A stretch of DNA of 63,675 nt, the filler included, from Octopus bimaculoides (Eukaryota), in NCBI RefSeq assembly GCF_001194135.2. It is 5 parts of 5 records of this genome, joined end to end, with 100 filler letters (N's around TTAATTAATTAA, not from the genome) between each part and the next. Parts side by side here need not be neighbours in the genome. Positions count along the whole stretch, not along the records: positions 25,355 to 50,465 come from NC_068996.1; 4 more parts are not named here. One strand, given 5' to 3'. Both the position numbers and the translations under genes were made by a program. Below, piece by piece: positions 25,791-41,470 of the stretch. How positions within the stretch are numbered: the stretch's first letter is position 1; the number at the start of each line of letters is the position of its first letter. Below the pieces are notes generated by a model. That model saw nothing but the letters and a program-made list of their open reading frames with translations, was not told the DNA's origin and searched no databases.

Positions 25791-27011
25791 CTTCCACGAC
25801 TAACTGATCCAAACCTATATAAAGCCACACAACTTACCTGTCTCCCAAAACAAAAGACTTAAAGCCTAAACCCGATCTCTGAGTCCTTAACGCAAATAAT
25901 ACCAAAGAATGTCAAATATAACCACTTATTAAATTCAACACCATAAAAACAGAACACACATGAACAGAAAAAATGGAATTTGAAACGTCCAAATACTTAA
26001 ATGACTATATACAATGTACCAACAAAACAATGTACCAAAATACGGTACTTAAAAATAACCTCAAATAAAATACTTAAATATATAAGGATAGCAGCTAGTG
26101 CTAGCGATAATTATTTTTGTCTGCCATAAAGACTGGCTACAATGATCAGAGGAGAATTTTCCTATGACTATTTGTGTTTCTGTGATGGGCAAATGTGATC
26201 AGAAACAAGGAATGATGGGAGATGAGATTTGTTGAGTACATCATAAAAGTGTAGGCGAATCAAGAAGCAAAATTGGTGTTTTTTTTAATACCATATAAAA
26301 ACAACATAAATACAACAGAAAGAAACATATAACGCGTACACTGACAACATCAAGAAGCAATAATGGCATAAACACTACATTATGTCTATTAGGTTTATCA
26401 TCATTTTTAGAGAATGTAATAAATTTTGGACTCTAAGTGTGTAATAGACTTTGGTGTATTATAATTTAGGTGTCTTATAATATAATAGTTATAATATTTA
26501 GGTGTTTTATAATAGTATTTAGGTGTATTAGAGTATTGCAATCTTATGCTATAAAACCTAGGTGTATTTATAATTTTATCAGATCCTGTGTCTTTTCAGC
26601 TTTACTAATTTTCTAAAGGTGTTCATTTGTCTGATGGCGAGAGGAAGATGCGGATATAAGGTCGAAATGAGATCTAGTATGTATCGTGCGTTTCGAGTTT
26701 CGTCTTCCTGTTGCCTTCTATTCGTGGACAGTCAACCGATTAGAAATAGCAACGAATTCCCCAAGATTTATTGTAAAAATGGATGATGACTGCATTATAT
26801 CTTGGATATGAATATGTTAAAAAAATCCATTCAGGATGGGCATAGCTTGATTGCCTATTAAATGATACAGATCTTCAATTTTCACTGTAGTGTCATAAAA
26901 ATGGGTTAACACATTGAGCAAAACATTTCTGGATATGAATGTACAAGAAGAAAGGAAAGATGGTCATGGGTACAATTTGGCACATAGTAGTTGTCTAAAG
27001 ATCAATTGGTC

Positions 27012-27388
27012 GAGGCGCAATGGCACAGTGGTTAGGGCAGCGGACTCACGGTCACAGGATCGCGGTTTCGATTCCCAGACCGGGCGTTGTGAGTGTTTAT
27101 TGAGCGAAAACACCTAAAGCTCCACGAGGCTCCGGCAGGGGATGCTGTACTCTTTCACCACAACTTTCTCTCACTCTTAATTCCTGTTTTTGTTGTGCCT
27201 GTAAATCAAAGGGTCAGCCTTGTCACAACTGTGTCACGCTGAATATCCCCGAGAACTACATTAAGGGTACACGTGTCTGTGGAGTGCTCAGCCACTTGCA
27301 CGTTAATTTCACGAGCAGGCTGTTCCGTTGATCGGATCAACTGGAACCCCCGACGTCGTAAGCGACGGAGTCCCAACAACAACAACAA
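27012..27388 (+). mobile_element. tRNA-derived SINE, family B, full length (probably one of the published octopus OR-type SINEs)
   Basis: A-box tggcacagtgg and B-box ggtttcgattcc; (CAA)n tail. The family name cannot be verified here. Confidence 0.9.
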
Positions 27389-27646
27389 AGATCAATTGAT
27401 GGGGTAAGTGATCAGCATAGTCAAGTATTGAGCAGTAGTAGATTTTAGTATATCTAGGTAAGAATCACGAATTTAAATGGAGAAAAAAAAATGGGTCTTA
27501 TTGTCGTTTGCTTGGGGATTGGCTTCCGATAACATCAGAGCAATGGTCAGCATTGGAGTGTTATTGGGGTTTGCTGTGCAGAATTGTCCCAGTTCGGTTG
27601 TTTTCAGCCTTTTTGGAACCTTGCATATGTTATACCTCTCACACAT

Positions 27647-28026
27647 GTTGTTGGCACTCCGTCGCTTACGACGTCGATGGTTCCAGTGGATCTGATCAAC
27701 GGAACAGCCTGCTCATGAAATTAACGTGCAAGTGGCTGAGCACTCCACAGACACGTGTGACCTTAACGTAGTTCTCGGAGGATATTCATCGTGACACAGT
27801 GTGACAAGGCAGACCCTTTGAATTACAGGCAGAACAGAAACAGGAAGTAAGAGTGAGAGAAAGTTGTGGTAGAAGAGTACAGCAGGGTTCGCCACCATCC
27901 CCTGCCGGAGCCTCGTGGAGCTTTAGTTGTTTTCGCTCAATAAACACTCACAGCGCCCGGTGTGGGAATCGAAACCGCGATCCTATGACCGCGAGTCCGC
28001 TGCCCTAACCACTGGGCCATTGCGCC
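27647..28026 (-). mobile_element. SINE family B, full length, inverted relative to 27012-27388
   Basis: Reverse complement of the neighbouring copy along its whole length. Confidence 0.9.
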
Positions 28027-29069
28027 NNNNNNNNNNNNNNNNNNNNNNNNNNNNNNNNNNNNNNNNNNNNNNNNNNNNNNNNNNNNNNNNNNNNNNNNNN
28101 NNNNNNNNNNNNNNNNNNNNNNNNNNNNNNNNNNNNNNNNNNNNNNNNNNNNNNNNNNNNNNNNNNNNNNNNNNNNNNNNNNNNNNNNNNNNNNNNNNNN
28201 NNNNNNNNNNNNNNNNNNNNNNNNNNNNNNNNNNNNNNNNNNNNNNNNNNNNNNNNNNNNNNNNNNNNNNNNNNNNNNNNNNNNNNNNNNNNNNNNNNNN
28301 NNNNNNNNNNNNNNNNNNNNNNNNNNNNNNNNNNNNNNNNNNNNNNNNNNNNNNNNNNNNNNNNNNNNNNNNNNNNNNNNNNNNNNNNNNNNNNNNNNNN
28401 NNNNNNNNNNNNNNNNNNNNNNNNNNNNNNNNNNNNNNNNNNNNNNNNNNNNNNNNNNNNNNNNNNNNNNNNNNNNNNNNNNNNNNNNNNNNNNNNNNNN
28501 NNNNNNNNNNNNNNNNNNNNNNNNNNNNNNNNNNNNNNNNNNNNNNNNNNNNNNNNNNNNNNNNNNNNNNNNNNNNNNNNNNNNNNNNNNNNNNNNNNNN
28601 NNNNNNNNNNNNNNNNNNNNNNNNNNNNNNNNNNNNNNNNNNNNNNNNNNNNNNNNNNNNNNNNNNNNNNNNNNNNNNNNNNNNNNNNNNNNNNNNNNNN
28701 NNNNNNNNNNNNNNNNNNNNNNNNNNNNNNNNNNNNNNNNNNNNNNNNNNNNNNNNNNNNNNNNNNNNNNNNNNNNNNNNNNNNNNNNNNNNNNNNNNNN
28801 NNNNNNNNNNNNNNNNNNNNNNNNNNNNNNNNNNNNNNNNNNNNNNNNNNNNNNNNNNNNNNNNNNNNNNNNNNNNNNNNNNNNNNNNNNNNNNNNNNNN
28901 NNNNNNNNNNNNNNNNNNNNNNNNNNNNNNNNNNNNNNNNNNNNNNNNNNNNNNNNNNNAGAGAGAGAGGAATAGTTGGCAGAGCGTAACAATGATGTTA
29001 TGAAGTGGGGGGTGGGGGTGAGTGAGCGGCAAGATTAGTAGCGTTACTACTGCGTCAGTGACATCTGAC

Positions 29070-29597
29070 TGCAAAGCAGACAACAGCAGCAGCAGCAACA
29101 GCAACAACAACAACAACAACATATGCAGCAGCAGAAGCATCATCATCATCAGCAACAATAACACCAAGAGCAAGAACGGAAGTACAAACAGCAGCGCCGA
29201 GAGCGTGATATCCAACAGCAGCAGCAGCAGCAGCAAAAACTACAGTAGTAGAATCAGCAGAAAAAGTCCCCAGAAGAATAACAGCAGCAACAAAGACAGT
29301 AGCAACTGCAACAGCAACAGCTAAAAGCGATTGTAACAACAAACAGCAACAAGGGCAAAAAACTACGGCCACAATAACAACACTAACCGCATCAAAGACA
29401 CTGCCGATACTACCGCCAATACCGCCAAGAACAACACCGAGAACAAGAGCAACAACAACAACAGTAACAACAGCAACAACAGTAAAGATGAAAGCAATAG
29501 CAAAAACAACTGTATCAGAGACAGAACCACCAGCAGCAGCAGCACCACCACCTTCACAGACAACCACAACAACAACAACAACAACAACAGCAGCAGC

Positions 29598-29630
<33 letters not shown>

Positions 29631-29710
29631 GCAGTAACAACAACAACAACAACAACAGCAGTACCACCACCACAACTACCAATCGCATCAACATCAAAAG
29701 CAACAACAAA
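29070..29710. repeat. Long degenerate (CAA/CAG/GCA) trinucleotide low-complexity tract
   Basis: Direct reading; it accounts for the poly-L/C/V ORF-track calls. Confidence 0.85.
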
Positions 29711-30435
29711 AATGACGGCGACGCCAAATTAAGTCGCGTTGTGGTAACAAAATCAACTCACCATTCTTCGATCTCTAGATGATAAAGGTTCGTCTGACGT
29801 ATTCGAAAGACCTTGTGATGGTGAAAAGGAGAAATGGATCATAGCAGAAGTTGCCATCAAAGCTGCAGGTCTGGCAGCAACTGCACAGAAGACAGTAACG
29901 TATCGCTGTATCGGCTAAAGCCCGACACCTAGAAGTAGTGACGCACACCCAAGGGTAAAAAACCCTGGAAAAATATGGGCAGATGTGGAAGGCATCACTA
30001 AAGCAAGGCAGTTTGGGAGCATGCAGATCCCTTCAGGAGCGAAACACTCGCATTGAAGCTCTCCTTAGCGCTTATACTAGACAAGGAGACCTGACTTATT
30101 TAGGGAGAAGGATCTGTCACATCAAGATAGAGTTCTATCTGTATTGGATATCTGGTAGCTGTCATTTTAAAGGGTAGAGACACATTCTTCGTTGTGAAAC
30201 GAAACGTAGTAGGGCTTTCGAGTGGCACCACAGTGAAGATCTTCCACCAGATCAAACCAGAGGAGGGGAAGAGATCCCAGACTTTATCCGCCTGCTCAGT
30301 GATGCGGAACTACGTGTTGTAATTGTATAGTACAAATGGCCACTTCAGAGATTTCTGCCTATAATATAGAGCGGAAGAGAGACGAGGACCCAACTACTGC
30401 CGACGTCACGGCCTTAGCAGCAACTACATACCTTG

Positions 30436-30551
30436 GTACCAGCACCAGCTCCAGCACCAGCACCAGCACCAGCACCACCAGCACCAACATTACTACCTCA
30501 ACCATTAGCACCACCATTACCATCATTATCACCATTACCACCGTTATCACC

Positions 30552-30612
<61 letters not shown>

Positions 30613-30680
30613 TCAGCAACAGCAACTACAAAAAACAACAGCAACAACATCCCCAACAATAGTAGCAACAGCAACAATGA
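30436..30680. repeat. (CCAGCA)/(CAC)/(CAA)n low-complexity tract
   Basis: Direct reading. Confidence 0.85.
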
Positions 30681-31199
30681 CACCCATAAGATCAGAACAA
30701 AATCCCACCACTCAAGAAACTAACTTCCCATTTAACTTCCATTGCATTGCACTCCCGTACTTTTCAAGCAAAACACATGGACACATATCACACATATTCC
30801 TGCATCGAGTCTTTCCAATATGAAAACATCATCTTGCGAGGAGGTGGGTCGACCGAGCATGTCGAAAACAAGAAGTAGACACCTGCACTAAACGAAGCAC
30901 ATAAACCACAACCACATTGGCCAAATCTACGACTCCTTCACGACTATCAACAGAAAGAAAACACATGCAAAGTATCAGCTGACTGCAACAAAAATGCCAC
31001 ATCAAGACACACCTACCCTGTGGTGCAAAAGGTAACTTTGAAATAGTCCAACAATGAAGTGCCAAAGGACTTCCGGAAAAAAGGCTAACACTTCTAGAGA
31101 CCAATCACACATTTTCCGGACAACCAAATAGGTTAGTAACTTGCTTTCTTTCTCTCTTCTTCCTCTTTCTACCGACTTTGAGAGCGGTGTGCATTAATG

Positions 31200-33830
<2,631 letters not shown>

Positions 33831-33889
33831 CTGCTCGAGAGCAAATTCGATAATTGCTAGAAATCACTGCCCTGACAATGCTACTGGTG

Positions 33890-34280
33890 AGTATTGAGGC
33901 TTGGGCACGCTATTCCAATCTCCTTTATATTCTTCTTGATGCTCTCTGATACTATTCTCAAGGACCCAACAATAATTGACACTATCTTCACCTTCTTTAT
34001 TTTTCATAACTGAGCTATTTCGTACTTAAGAGGGTTGTCACTATCTATCTTTTCGCCTTCCTTCTTGACTATACGTGGGTCAATAAGGGGCACGCAACAT
34101 CAACTACATAGCATATGTGGTGCACCTCGTCCACCACCATTAGGTCCGGTCTGTTATGCTCTAACACCTGATCTATTTGGATTGGGGAATCCCAGAGGTT
34201 TTTGCTAGTCTCCGCGGTCTGTGCTTATACCACGTTTTGTCTCCCTCTAGCCATCACTTTTCGCAGTTTCCAAAGTAGCA
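33890..34280 (-). mobile_element. R4/Dong-type LINE, restriction-like endonuclease fragment
   Basis: The minus strand reads LWDSPIQIDQVLEHNRPDLMVVDEVHHICY..DVACP..KKEGEKID, a PD-(D/E)xK RLE. Confidence 0.8.
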
Positions 34281-34286
34281 CTTTCG

Positions 34287-34287
34287 C

Positions 34288-34338
<51 letters not shown>

Positions 34339-34342
34339 CATT

Positions 34343-34378
<36 letters not shown>

Positions 34379-34380
34379 GC
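34287..34380. repeat. (ATT)n(GTT)n array between two Dong pieces
   Basis: Direct reading. Confidence 0.95.
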
Positions 34381-35745
34381 CTTTGTATAGCTTCTAACGC
34401 TGGAGATGTACTACAGTGTCAGCTGTTCACTACCAGTGAACTAAGGTAGCGCCTCTTATTTTTCGAGCACCTTCCGGAGTATTCGAGCAGTTCACAGCAG
34501 TGCTGTTTTCTGCAAGTGCTCCATCCTTATTGCAACCTCTATTTATTCCACGTACTTCTCGAGATTTTTGCGCACTGTCCCCAGGGCTCCGATAATTATT
34601 GGTACTACTGCTACCTTTTTCATCGACCACAACTGCTTAACTTCCCAAGCTAACTGTCATATCTCTCGACTTTTCTTTCTTCCTTATCGCATACCTTGTT
34701 GTCAGCTAGGCATGTTATATCTATGATTCAGCATAGTTTGTTTTCTTTCTCAATTTAGTCTATGTCTGGCTTCTTATTCTCAATATCATGGTCTCACTGA
34801 ATCATAAAATCCCATTGAATCTTTGAATTTCTATTTTCGACGATGCCTTCACGTTTGTGGTCAAACCAATTTTTTTCTCTGTCAAGTTCATACTTGTTGC
34901 AAAGTGTCCAATGGACAAGCCTGGCTATATTGTCGTGGCATCTCTTATATTCCTTCTGGGTTAGTGGCGTAAATTGGTTGGTAATATGCCATACGGTTTC
35001 ACCGTTTTTTCCACAGATTCTGCACTTATCACTTTCTGCTGTGTTGCCTATTCTCTATTTTATGTAGTTTGTTCTTAGTGCTTGCTCTTGGGCAGCACAG
35101 ATTACAGCCTCCGTTTCCAGTTTTAAACCACTTTTATCCATCCACAGCCATCTTTTTTCTCTGTCTGTCCTATCTTCAACATCCCTATGAAATTGACCAT
35201 GCATTCTTTTCTTTACCCATCTATTTTCAGTTTCATTCGTTTTCAATTTCTTGTATGTTTGCAATCTTTCATCCTACACAAGCCTGACCTTCATACTTCT
35301 AATAATAGCGGTTCTGTGGCATTTTTTTTTACATACCATGCTATGTTCTTTTCTCCTGCTCTAATGCTGTGTTTGCATCCAATAAGTCCTCTTCCCCCTA
35401 ATTTTCTTGGTATAAACAGTCTGTCTGTGTCATGTTTTTGGGTGGAGTGACCCATATCTAGTTAGCAACTTCCTTGTTTTCCTGTCTAAGCTGTTTAGTT
35501 CGTCTACTGTTCATGCGATAACCCCTGTTCCATATCTAAGGAGTGAAACTGCCCAGGTGTTGATAGCTTCGATCTTATTCCGTCCGTTTAATTTCGACTT
35601 AAGGATCAGTCTCAGTCTGCGTAAGTACTCTACCCTAGATTTTTCTGTCATTTCTTTTCCTATATCAATTTATTCGTTTCCAGTATCCCCAAGTACTTAT
35701 AGCCCATCCCTTCTATCTGCTTCATAACCTCCCCTGACGGTATTA
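34381..35745 (-). mobile_element. R4/Dong-type LINE, 5'-truncated (RT tail, CCHC finger, RLE, 3' UTR)
   Basis: GYKYLGILE; MHGQF..KLETEAVICAAQEQALRTNYIK; KCRICGKNGETVWHI; IQWDFMIQ..KKPDI. Confidence 0.9.
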
Positions 35746-35766
35746 TCATTATGATTATTGTTGTTG

Positions 35767-35818
<52 letters not shown>

Positions 35819-35841
35819 CATTATTATTATTATTATCATCG

Positions 35842-35887
<46 letters not shown>

Positions 35888-36108
35888 AATCCTCATAATC
35901 ACCATTCCTTCGTAACACCGTTGGTCAAAATGCACGGGTGTCTTTAGTCATCTGTCAAGTCACAACAAAGACCTCAGACAGAATTATTGTAATTATCATT
36001 ACTATTATTATTAATATCATCATCACCATCATCATCATCATCATCATCATCATCGTCATCATCGTCATCATCATCATCATCATTATCGTCATCGTCATCG
36101 TCATTGTG

Positions 36109-36164
<56 letters not shown>

Positions 36165-36180
36165 TATTATTATTATTATT
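35746..36180. repeat. Two compound (ATT)/(ATC)/(GTC)n arrays
   Basis: Direct reading at 35746-35890 and 35980-36180. Confidence 0.9.
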
Positions 36181-36182
36181 TC

Positions 36183-36380
36183 TGGCGGAATTGTTAGCAC
36201 GCTCAACAAAAGGCTTAGCGGAGTCCCTTTCTCCTTATCATGTCCTAAATTCAAATCCCGTCGAATTCAACTCGTCCTTTCGTCCTTCCGGAGTTGATAA
36301 AATAAATTACCAGTAAAATATTCGGGTCGTTTTACCTCCTTCTCTCAAAACTTCTGGCCTTGTGCCTAAATCAAAGACCA
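36183..36380 (+). mobile_element. Degenerate SINE family A (tail type 1)
   Basis: Contains ggcggaattgttagcacgc..ggcttagcgg..gtccttccggagttgataaaataaattaccag..tggccttgtgccta. Confidence 0.7.
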
Positions 36381-37289
36381 TTAGTGCTATTGGCTTTATT
36401 GTTGGCACCATGTGATCGTCTCCATACCACCACCACCACCACCATAATCATCATCATTATCATTTGCTTGAGGTAAAATACCAAAAGTTTTTCTTCTAAG
36501 CTAATCTTAGAAAACATGTAGAAACGTAGATTCCTGCCGTTATCATTTCTCGGAGATCCCTGTATTGTTATACTGATATATCAATCAGTTTGCAGAAATG
36601 GTTCTATAAACCTAATCAAGTTCTGTTAATTACAAAAGGGATTATAAATACATAACATATCTTCCATAATATATTTAATTTAATGGTTAACAGTATTCGT
36701 AATTTCTGGAACGTGCTTACATGTATCTTGTTTTGAGAAATGGTTGTACATTCTTTGATATACCATATCATATTGAGTTCTGCTCTGAACAACGTTCACA
36801 AGTCCTCTTATTGTTTATATTTGGAACACACCTATGACCATACGTAGAGGTAATCTATAAATTACAGAAGTAATTATGTACAATTTCAGTTCAATCAAAT
36901 GCAAATCATAGGCATATGTTATATCTGCTATGACTAACAGCACACGTATTCGCACACTCTAATAACTGGAAGGGTCATGAGTTCTATCCTTAAAGGAAAT
37001 TTTCAGAAATGTTTACGTAAGTGATTATCAAAAGAGACGACAGATACATTACCTAATTGCTACAGATGTAATTCCTTGACTGTACAGGTCGCTTCTACAA
37101 TTGTCTGTTTCACTGCCGAAGTTAATGTAGCTCTGTGCATCACAGATACTTGCATTAGTTTTCGATTTTCTATTATGCAGAGAGTGTTCTATGTATTATG
37201 TGCTCAATGCAGAGTAATACTATTTACTGCATGTTCTATATATTTGTAAGTTCTAGAGTTTTGTTTATGAATTTGTCTGTGAAGTTTTT

Positions 37290-37760
37290 CATTATTCCCC
37301 AAATCCCTGTGGCGATTGTTTCTGTGTTCAAAGAACATTATGATTATATCCACATTCTGGCTACATCTATTTCTAGATATCTATAGTTGGATAGTTTCTC
37401 TATTTCTTTTAGAGACATATTGTTGTCTTTTGGAATTGATATATAGATTAAAACGCATTTCTTTCCCAAGTGGGCTGTAAGATCTTTTTTCTTAATCGCA
37501 CTGTCTGTATGAATTGGTATGTTCCATATTCTGTTCACTTTGACATTCTTTGACACCTCTTCTAAATGTATCTCATGACGCTGGTATTATTTACAATGTA
37601 AAAAAAAACTCCATTTCTGTCATGACTTGGTATGTATTCTCCTTTGGATAACAATATGCACTATAATATATAGAAACAATACAATAATTGTTTCTTTGAA
37701 ATCTTCACATCTTCTGCAGTTAGGTTTTGTATTATGTTTCATTATATACGTTTGTCTGTT
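37290..37760 (-). mobile_element. R4/Dong RLE fragment, decayed
   Basis: ORF 37344-37556: IWNIPIHTDSAI..KKCVLIYISIPKDNNMSLKEIEKLSNYRYLEI. Confidence 0.75.
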
Positions 37761-37959
37761 GCTAGTAGTAAGGTAATGTTCTAGTTAAAACGTGTTATAA
37801 ACCAGTTCGCTGGACCTGAGTAGGAGAAATGCGATGAAGTAACAAATCAACAATTTGTCATTTGAAGGACCTCGGTAAGTGTATGCAATGTCAATCCATG
37901 CGACTTTTCAGTAACACTTTACTGAACTGTATTTTGATCACCGCCAACCACAATAACCT

Positions 37960-38520
37960 ACTGAAATTCTTGTAAAAGATTACTTGCTGTGACAAAACGA
38001 TAACGGAAACAGAGACACGGGCGGTACTGAGTGGTTTTACGAAGGGAATATCGGCGGGCTTTGATGGTCTTATTTATGAATTTTATGCTTGCATGTCATA
38101 CATATTCGTAACTGTGCTTGCAGGAGACTTTCGGAAATGACAACAGGCTGCGAGGAATCGTAGTTGTATAAGCCGGGAGTGACTGCAAAAGGACGATGAC
38201 AAGTGGTTCGTCACTGATAATTTTAGATTCACTAAATCTGCTAAATACAGGTCGAAAGATATCGACTAACTTCTTCGCAAACTGGTTGGCGTTTGTCTGT
38301 GGCAGTGTCTTCAGTGTTGCATATATACTTTTCGATTCCAGTATAAATTATACTCAGTAACGTCCATCAGGTGCAATACATTATAGAGCGTGAGAGTAGA
38401 AATCTGTCCCTTGATAAGGTTCTGATCGATATAAACCCATTTAAAACCTTCGACAGGGTTGATTATAGTTACTTTGGTGGTTCATCTAAGTGAAACCGGT
38501 TTCGCTCCTGTAATCAATGA
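37960..38520 (+). mobile_element. L1/Tx1 RT fragment, decayed
   Basis: GFDGLIYEFY-like and LIDINPFKTFDRVDYSY-like segments parallel to 32525-32950. Confidence 0.55.
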
Positions 38521-38689
38521 ATCAGTATAGATACCAGAATCAACACGTGATTGATTAACAGAAGGAAAGACAATATTAATTTTTAAGACAGCAGAAGAAA
38601 AAATATCATGTACACTAGAAAATAAAGACCATTAACTTGTTTACCAATTTTATATAATCCTTGGCATCTATTCTATCCACCAGGCTGTT

Positions 38690-38940
38690 TTATCATATCG
38701 ACCATGATAACGTCTTTCCACGAAGGCAGAATGGGTGTCGTAAAAGGGAAGTATGAATGGATGTAAAGAAAAAGTTATTGGTAAACCGAACAGTTATTGA
38801 AGGCAACAACAAAAGAAACAAACGCCTAAGTATGCTATTGATTGATTATCGAAAAGTCTTCCATTGTATACCACACTCCTGGAAATTAGAAATACTTTAC
38901 ATAAAGAAAAACAGTTCTAATACTAAGGTAATGTATCAAG
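38690..38940 (+). mobile_element. R4/Dong RT fragment
   Basis: QNGCRK..KKKLLVNRTVIEGNNKRNKRLSMLLIDYRKVFHCIPHSW matches the Dong RT at 44800-44950. Confidence 0.75.
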
Positions 38941-39375
38941 TTGACATATCAAAATAGAAAACCTCAATAAAAGAGAGGAAGCTGTAGAAAGTAATGCTGT
39001 GGTGAAACTGTGGAACTTGGTTGTACAAACAGACGAACAGAGAAATATTGACAAATACAGCAGATATTGTAATAAAAGATCAGAAGAAATTTTACAAATA
39101 ATCCCTATGGTATGTTGTTCATCGTCAACAGCATAGATTTGGAAGAAATTAAGACGTCGAGAGATATAGATGGTAAAGAAATTGGATATGGATACAACAG
39201 AAGTGTGTAATAACAAGTCTACTATTTGTATTGAACAACGATATCGATAAGTATGTATACACATACACAAATATATATATAGNNNNNNNNNNNNNNNNNN
39301 NNNNNNNNNNNNNNNNNNNNNNNNNNNNNNNNNNNNNNNNNNNNNNNNNNNNNNNNNNNNNNNNNNNNNNNNNNN

Positions 39376-39407
<32 letters not shown>

Positions 39408-39951
39408 TATAATTGTATGTATGTATGTGTCTATTTATCTATCTGGATTTATACATATGTATGCACACAAGAACATACATTCGGATATTCACAGATATGT
39501 AAGAATTTAAAAAAAGAAAGATAAATTTATATGCTTTCGATTTTTGTATTTCGAAGCTAATAATACCCAGGGTCATTGTCCCTCACAGAAATACTATGGA
39601 CGCTGAAATTTTAGACACACATTCGCCCTTAAAGTGAAGAATCATTTGGGGGTGACCAAGCTGTAGTATCTTGATTGAAACTAGTATCATTCACGATTAA
39701 AATACCTGACTACTTGACTATTGCTTTATTATGTCAGCGCTCGAAAGGCAGTAGACAATGTAACTCCTTTGTGAGGTTTGAACTCATTACGTAAACAACC
39801 GGTCAAACACAAATTAAAATTTATAGCCATAACATTCTAACGATCCTATCGATTTGTTATCGTATTTTGCTTAGTAATCTTTGACAAGACAAACATTTAG
39901 TCTTCGTTGAATCATTAGATTCCAAGATAAAAGAAGTGGTTGTTTTAATAA

Positions 39952-40128
39952 AGGCGCAGGCGTAGCTGTGTAGTAAGAAGCTTGCTTTCCTACCACATGG
40001 TCCAGAGTTCAGTCCCACTGCGTAACACCTTAGACATGTGTTTTCTACTATAGCCTCGGGCTGACCAAAGCCTTGTGAGTATATTTGATAGACGGAAACT
40101 GAAAGAAGTCCGTTGTATATATGTATAC

Positions 40129-40167
<39 letters not shown>

Positions 40168-40590
40168 NNNNNNNNNNNNNNNNNNNNNNNNNNNNNNNNN
40201 NNNNNNNNNNNNNNNNNNNNNNNNNNNNNNNNNNNNNNNNNNNNNNNNNNNNNNNNNNNNNNNNNNNNNNNNNNNNNNNNNNNNNNNNNNNNNNNNNNTA
40301 TATATATATATATATATGTATATGTATATATATATATATGCATGTGTGCGTGTGTTTATGCGTGTGCGTCTTTATCTCTGTGTTTGTCCCCCAACACCGT
40401 TTAAGACAACCGATGTTGGTGTGTTTGCATCCGCAGAAATTGGCCGTTCGGCAAAAGGAATCGATAGAATAAGTACCAGGGTTTAAAAAATAAGAACTGG
40501 GTTCCATTCATTCAATTAATAATTCTTGAAAGTGGTGCTCTAGCATGGCCGCAGCCTAATGACTGAAACAAGTAAATGGGAAAAGAAAGA
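39952..40590 (+). mobile_element. tRNA-derived SINE family C with internal (TA)/(GT) microsatellite
   Basis: Head aggcgcaggcgtagctgtgtagtaagaagcttgc..gagttcagtccc; core accaaagccttgtgag..gacggaaactgaaagaag; tail cagcatggccgcag..gactgaaacaagtaaa. Confidence 0.85.
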
Positions 40591-41147
40591 TAAAGCTATC
40601 AATCAAGTAAAAAGACAAGGATGCTTAGTTATTTATGATGGAATATATTAAGTGAAAGGAAATGTACTGCAAGTGCACAATACATAACCATTACCGACCC
40701 ATCGATGTTGGGTAATATAACCGGCCACAGAGACAGTACACGTAAATAACTTCCGAATACATTGCAGGTACAAAGCGCGCACAACATATATCAATATCAA
40801 TATTAATATAACCAGACGAAAGTGTTGAGCCACCTTATTGCGCATTGCTTATACTACGTTCTCATAAAGGAATCCTCTACAGGAGAGAGAAATATCATAC
40901 GGTTGAATCAACCATTCAATGGCAAAACTATAACCGAGAAGGCGAAATAACTTTTTCTTAGTCAACCAAATTTCTTCAAACACAAGATATTTTTTAAAAT
41001 CTTTAATTTAAATGATATAAAATGGTATAAAAGGCAGTATCTCTACAACTTCCCTATCAAAGGTAATTGCGTTGGATTACCACAACTCCTTATTTAAAAA
41101 AGACAACTGTGTTAGATTTTTTAAGATTGTGTGCATATTTGCATACA

Positions 41148-41470
41148 TAGGCGCAAGCGTGGGTGTGTGGTAATGTTTGCTTGCGAACCACACGGTTTCG
41201 GGTTCAAATCCAGTGTATGATACCTTGGGCAAGTGTCTTCTGGTACGGCCTCGAGCGGACCAAAGCCTTCTGAGTCGATATGTGTGTGTGTGTGTGTGTG
41301 TTTGAGTATGCGTGCGTATGCGTATGTGTGTGAGTATGCGTGAGTATGTGTGCCTTTGTATTTGTGTTAGTCCGCAGCACCGCTTGACACCCGCTGTTCA
41401 GTTGACGCCTTTAAGGTCCTGTAACTTAGAAGTTCGGCTAAAAGGAACGATAGAATGAATGTCTGGTATA
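41148..41470 (+). mobile_element. SINE family C, degenerate
   Basis: Same head and core, with a GT-rich internal repeat. Confidence 0.75.

Noticed and set aside
25975-26000. gaaacgtc-caaatac near the Penelope RT fragment
   Set aside because: Only the 3' half of a hammerhead; the core and stem II are absent.
29055-29675. Poly-Cys/Val/Ala or poly-Gln/Ser ORFs
   Set aside because: These are translations of trinucleotide low-complexity DNA with no splice or domain support.
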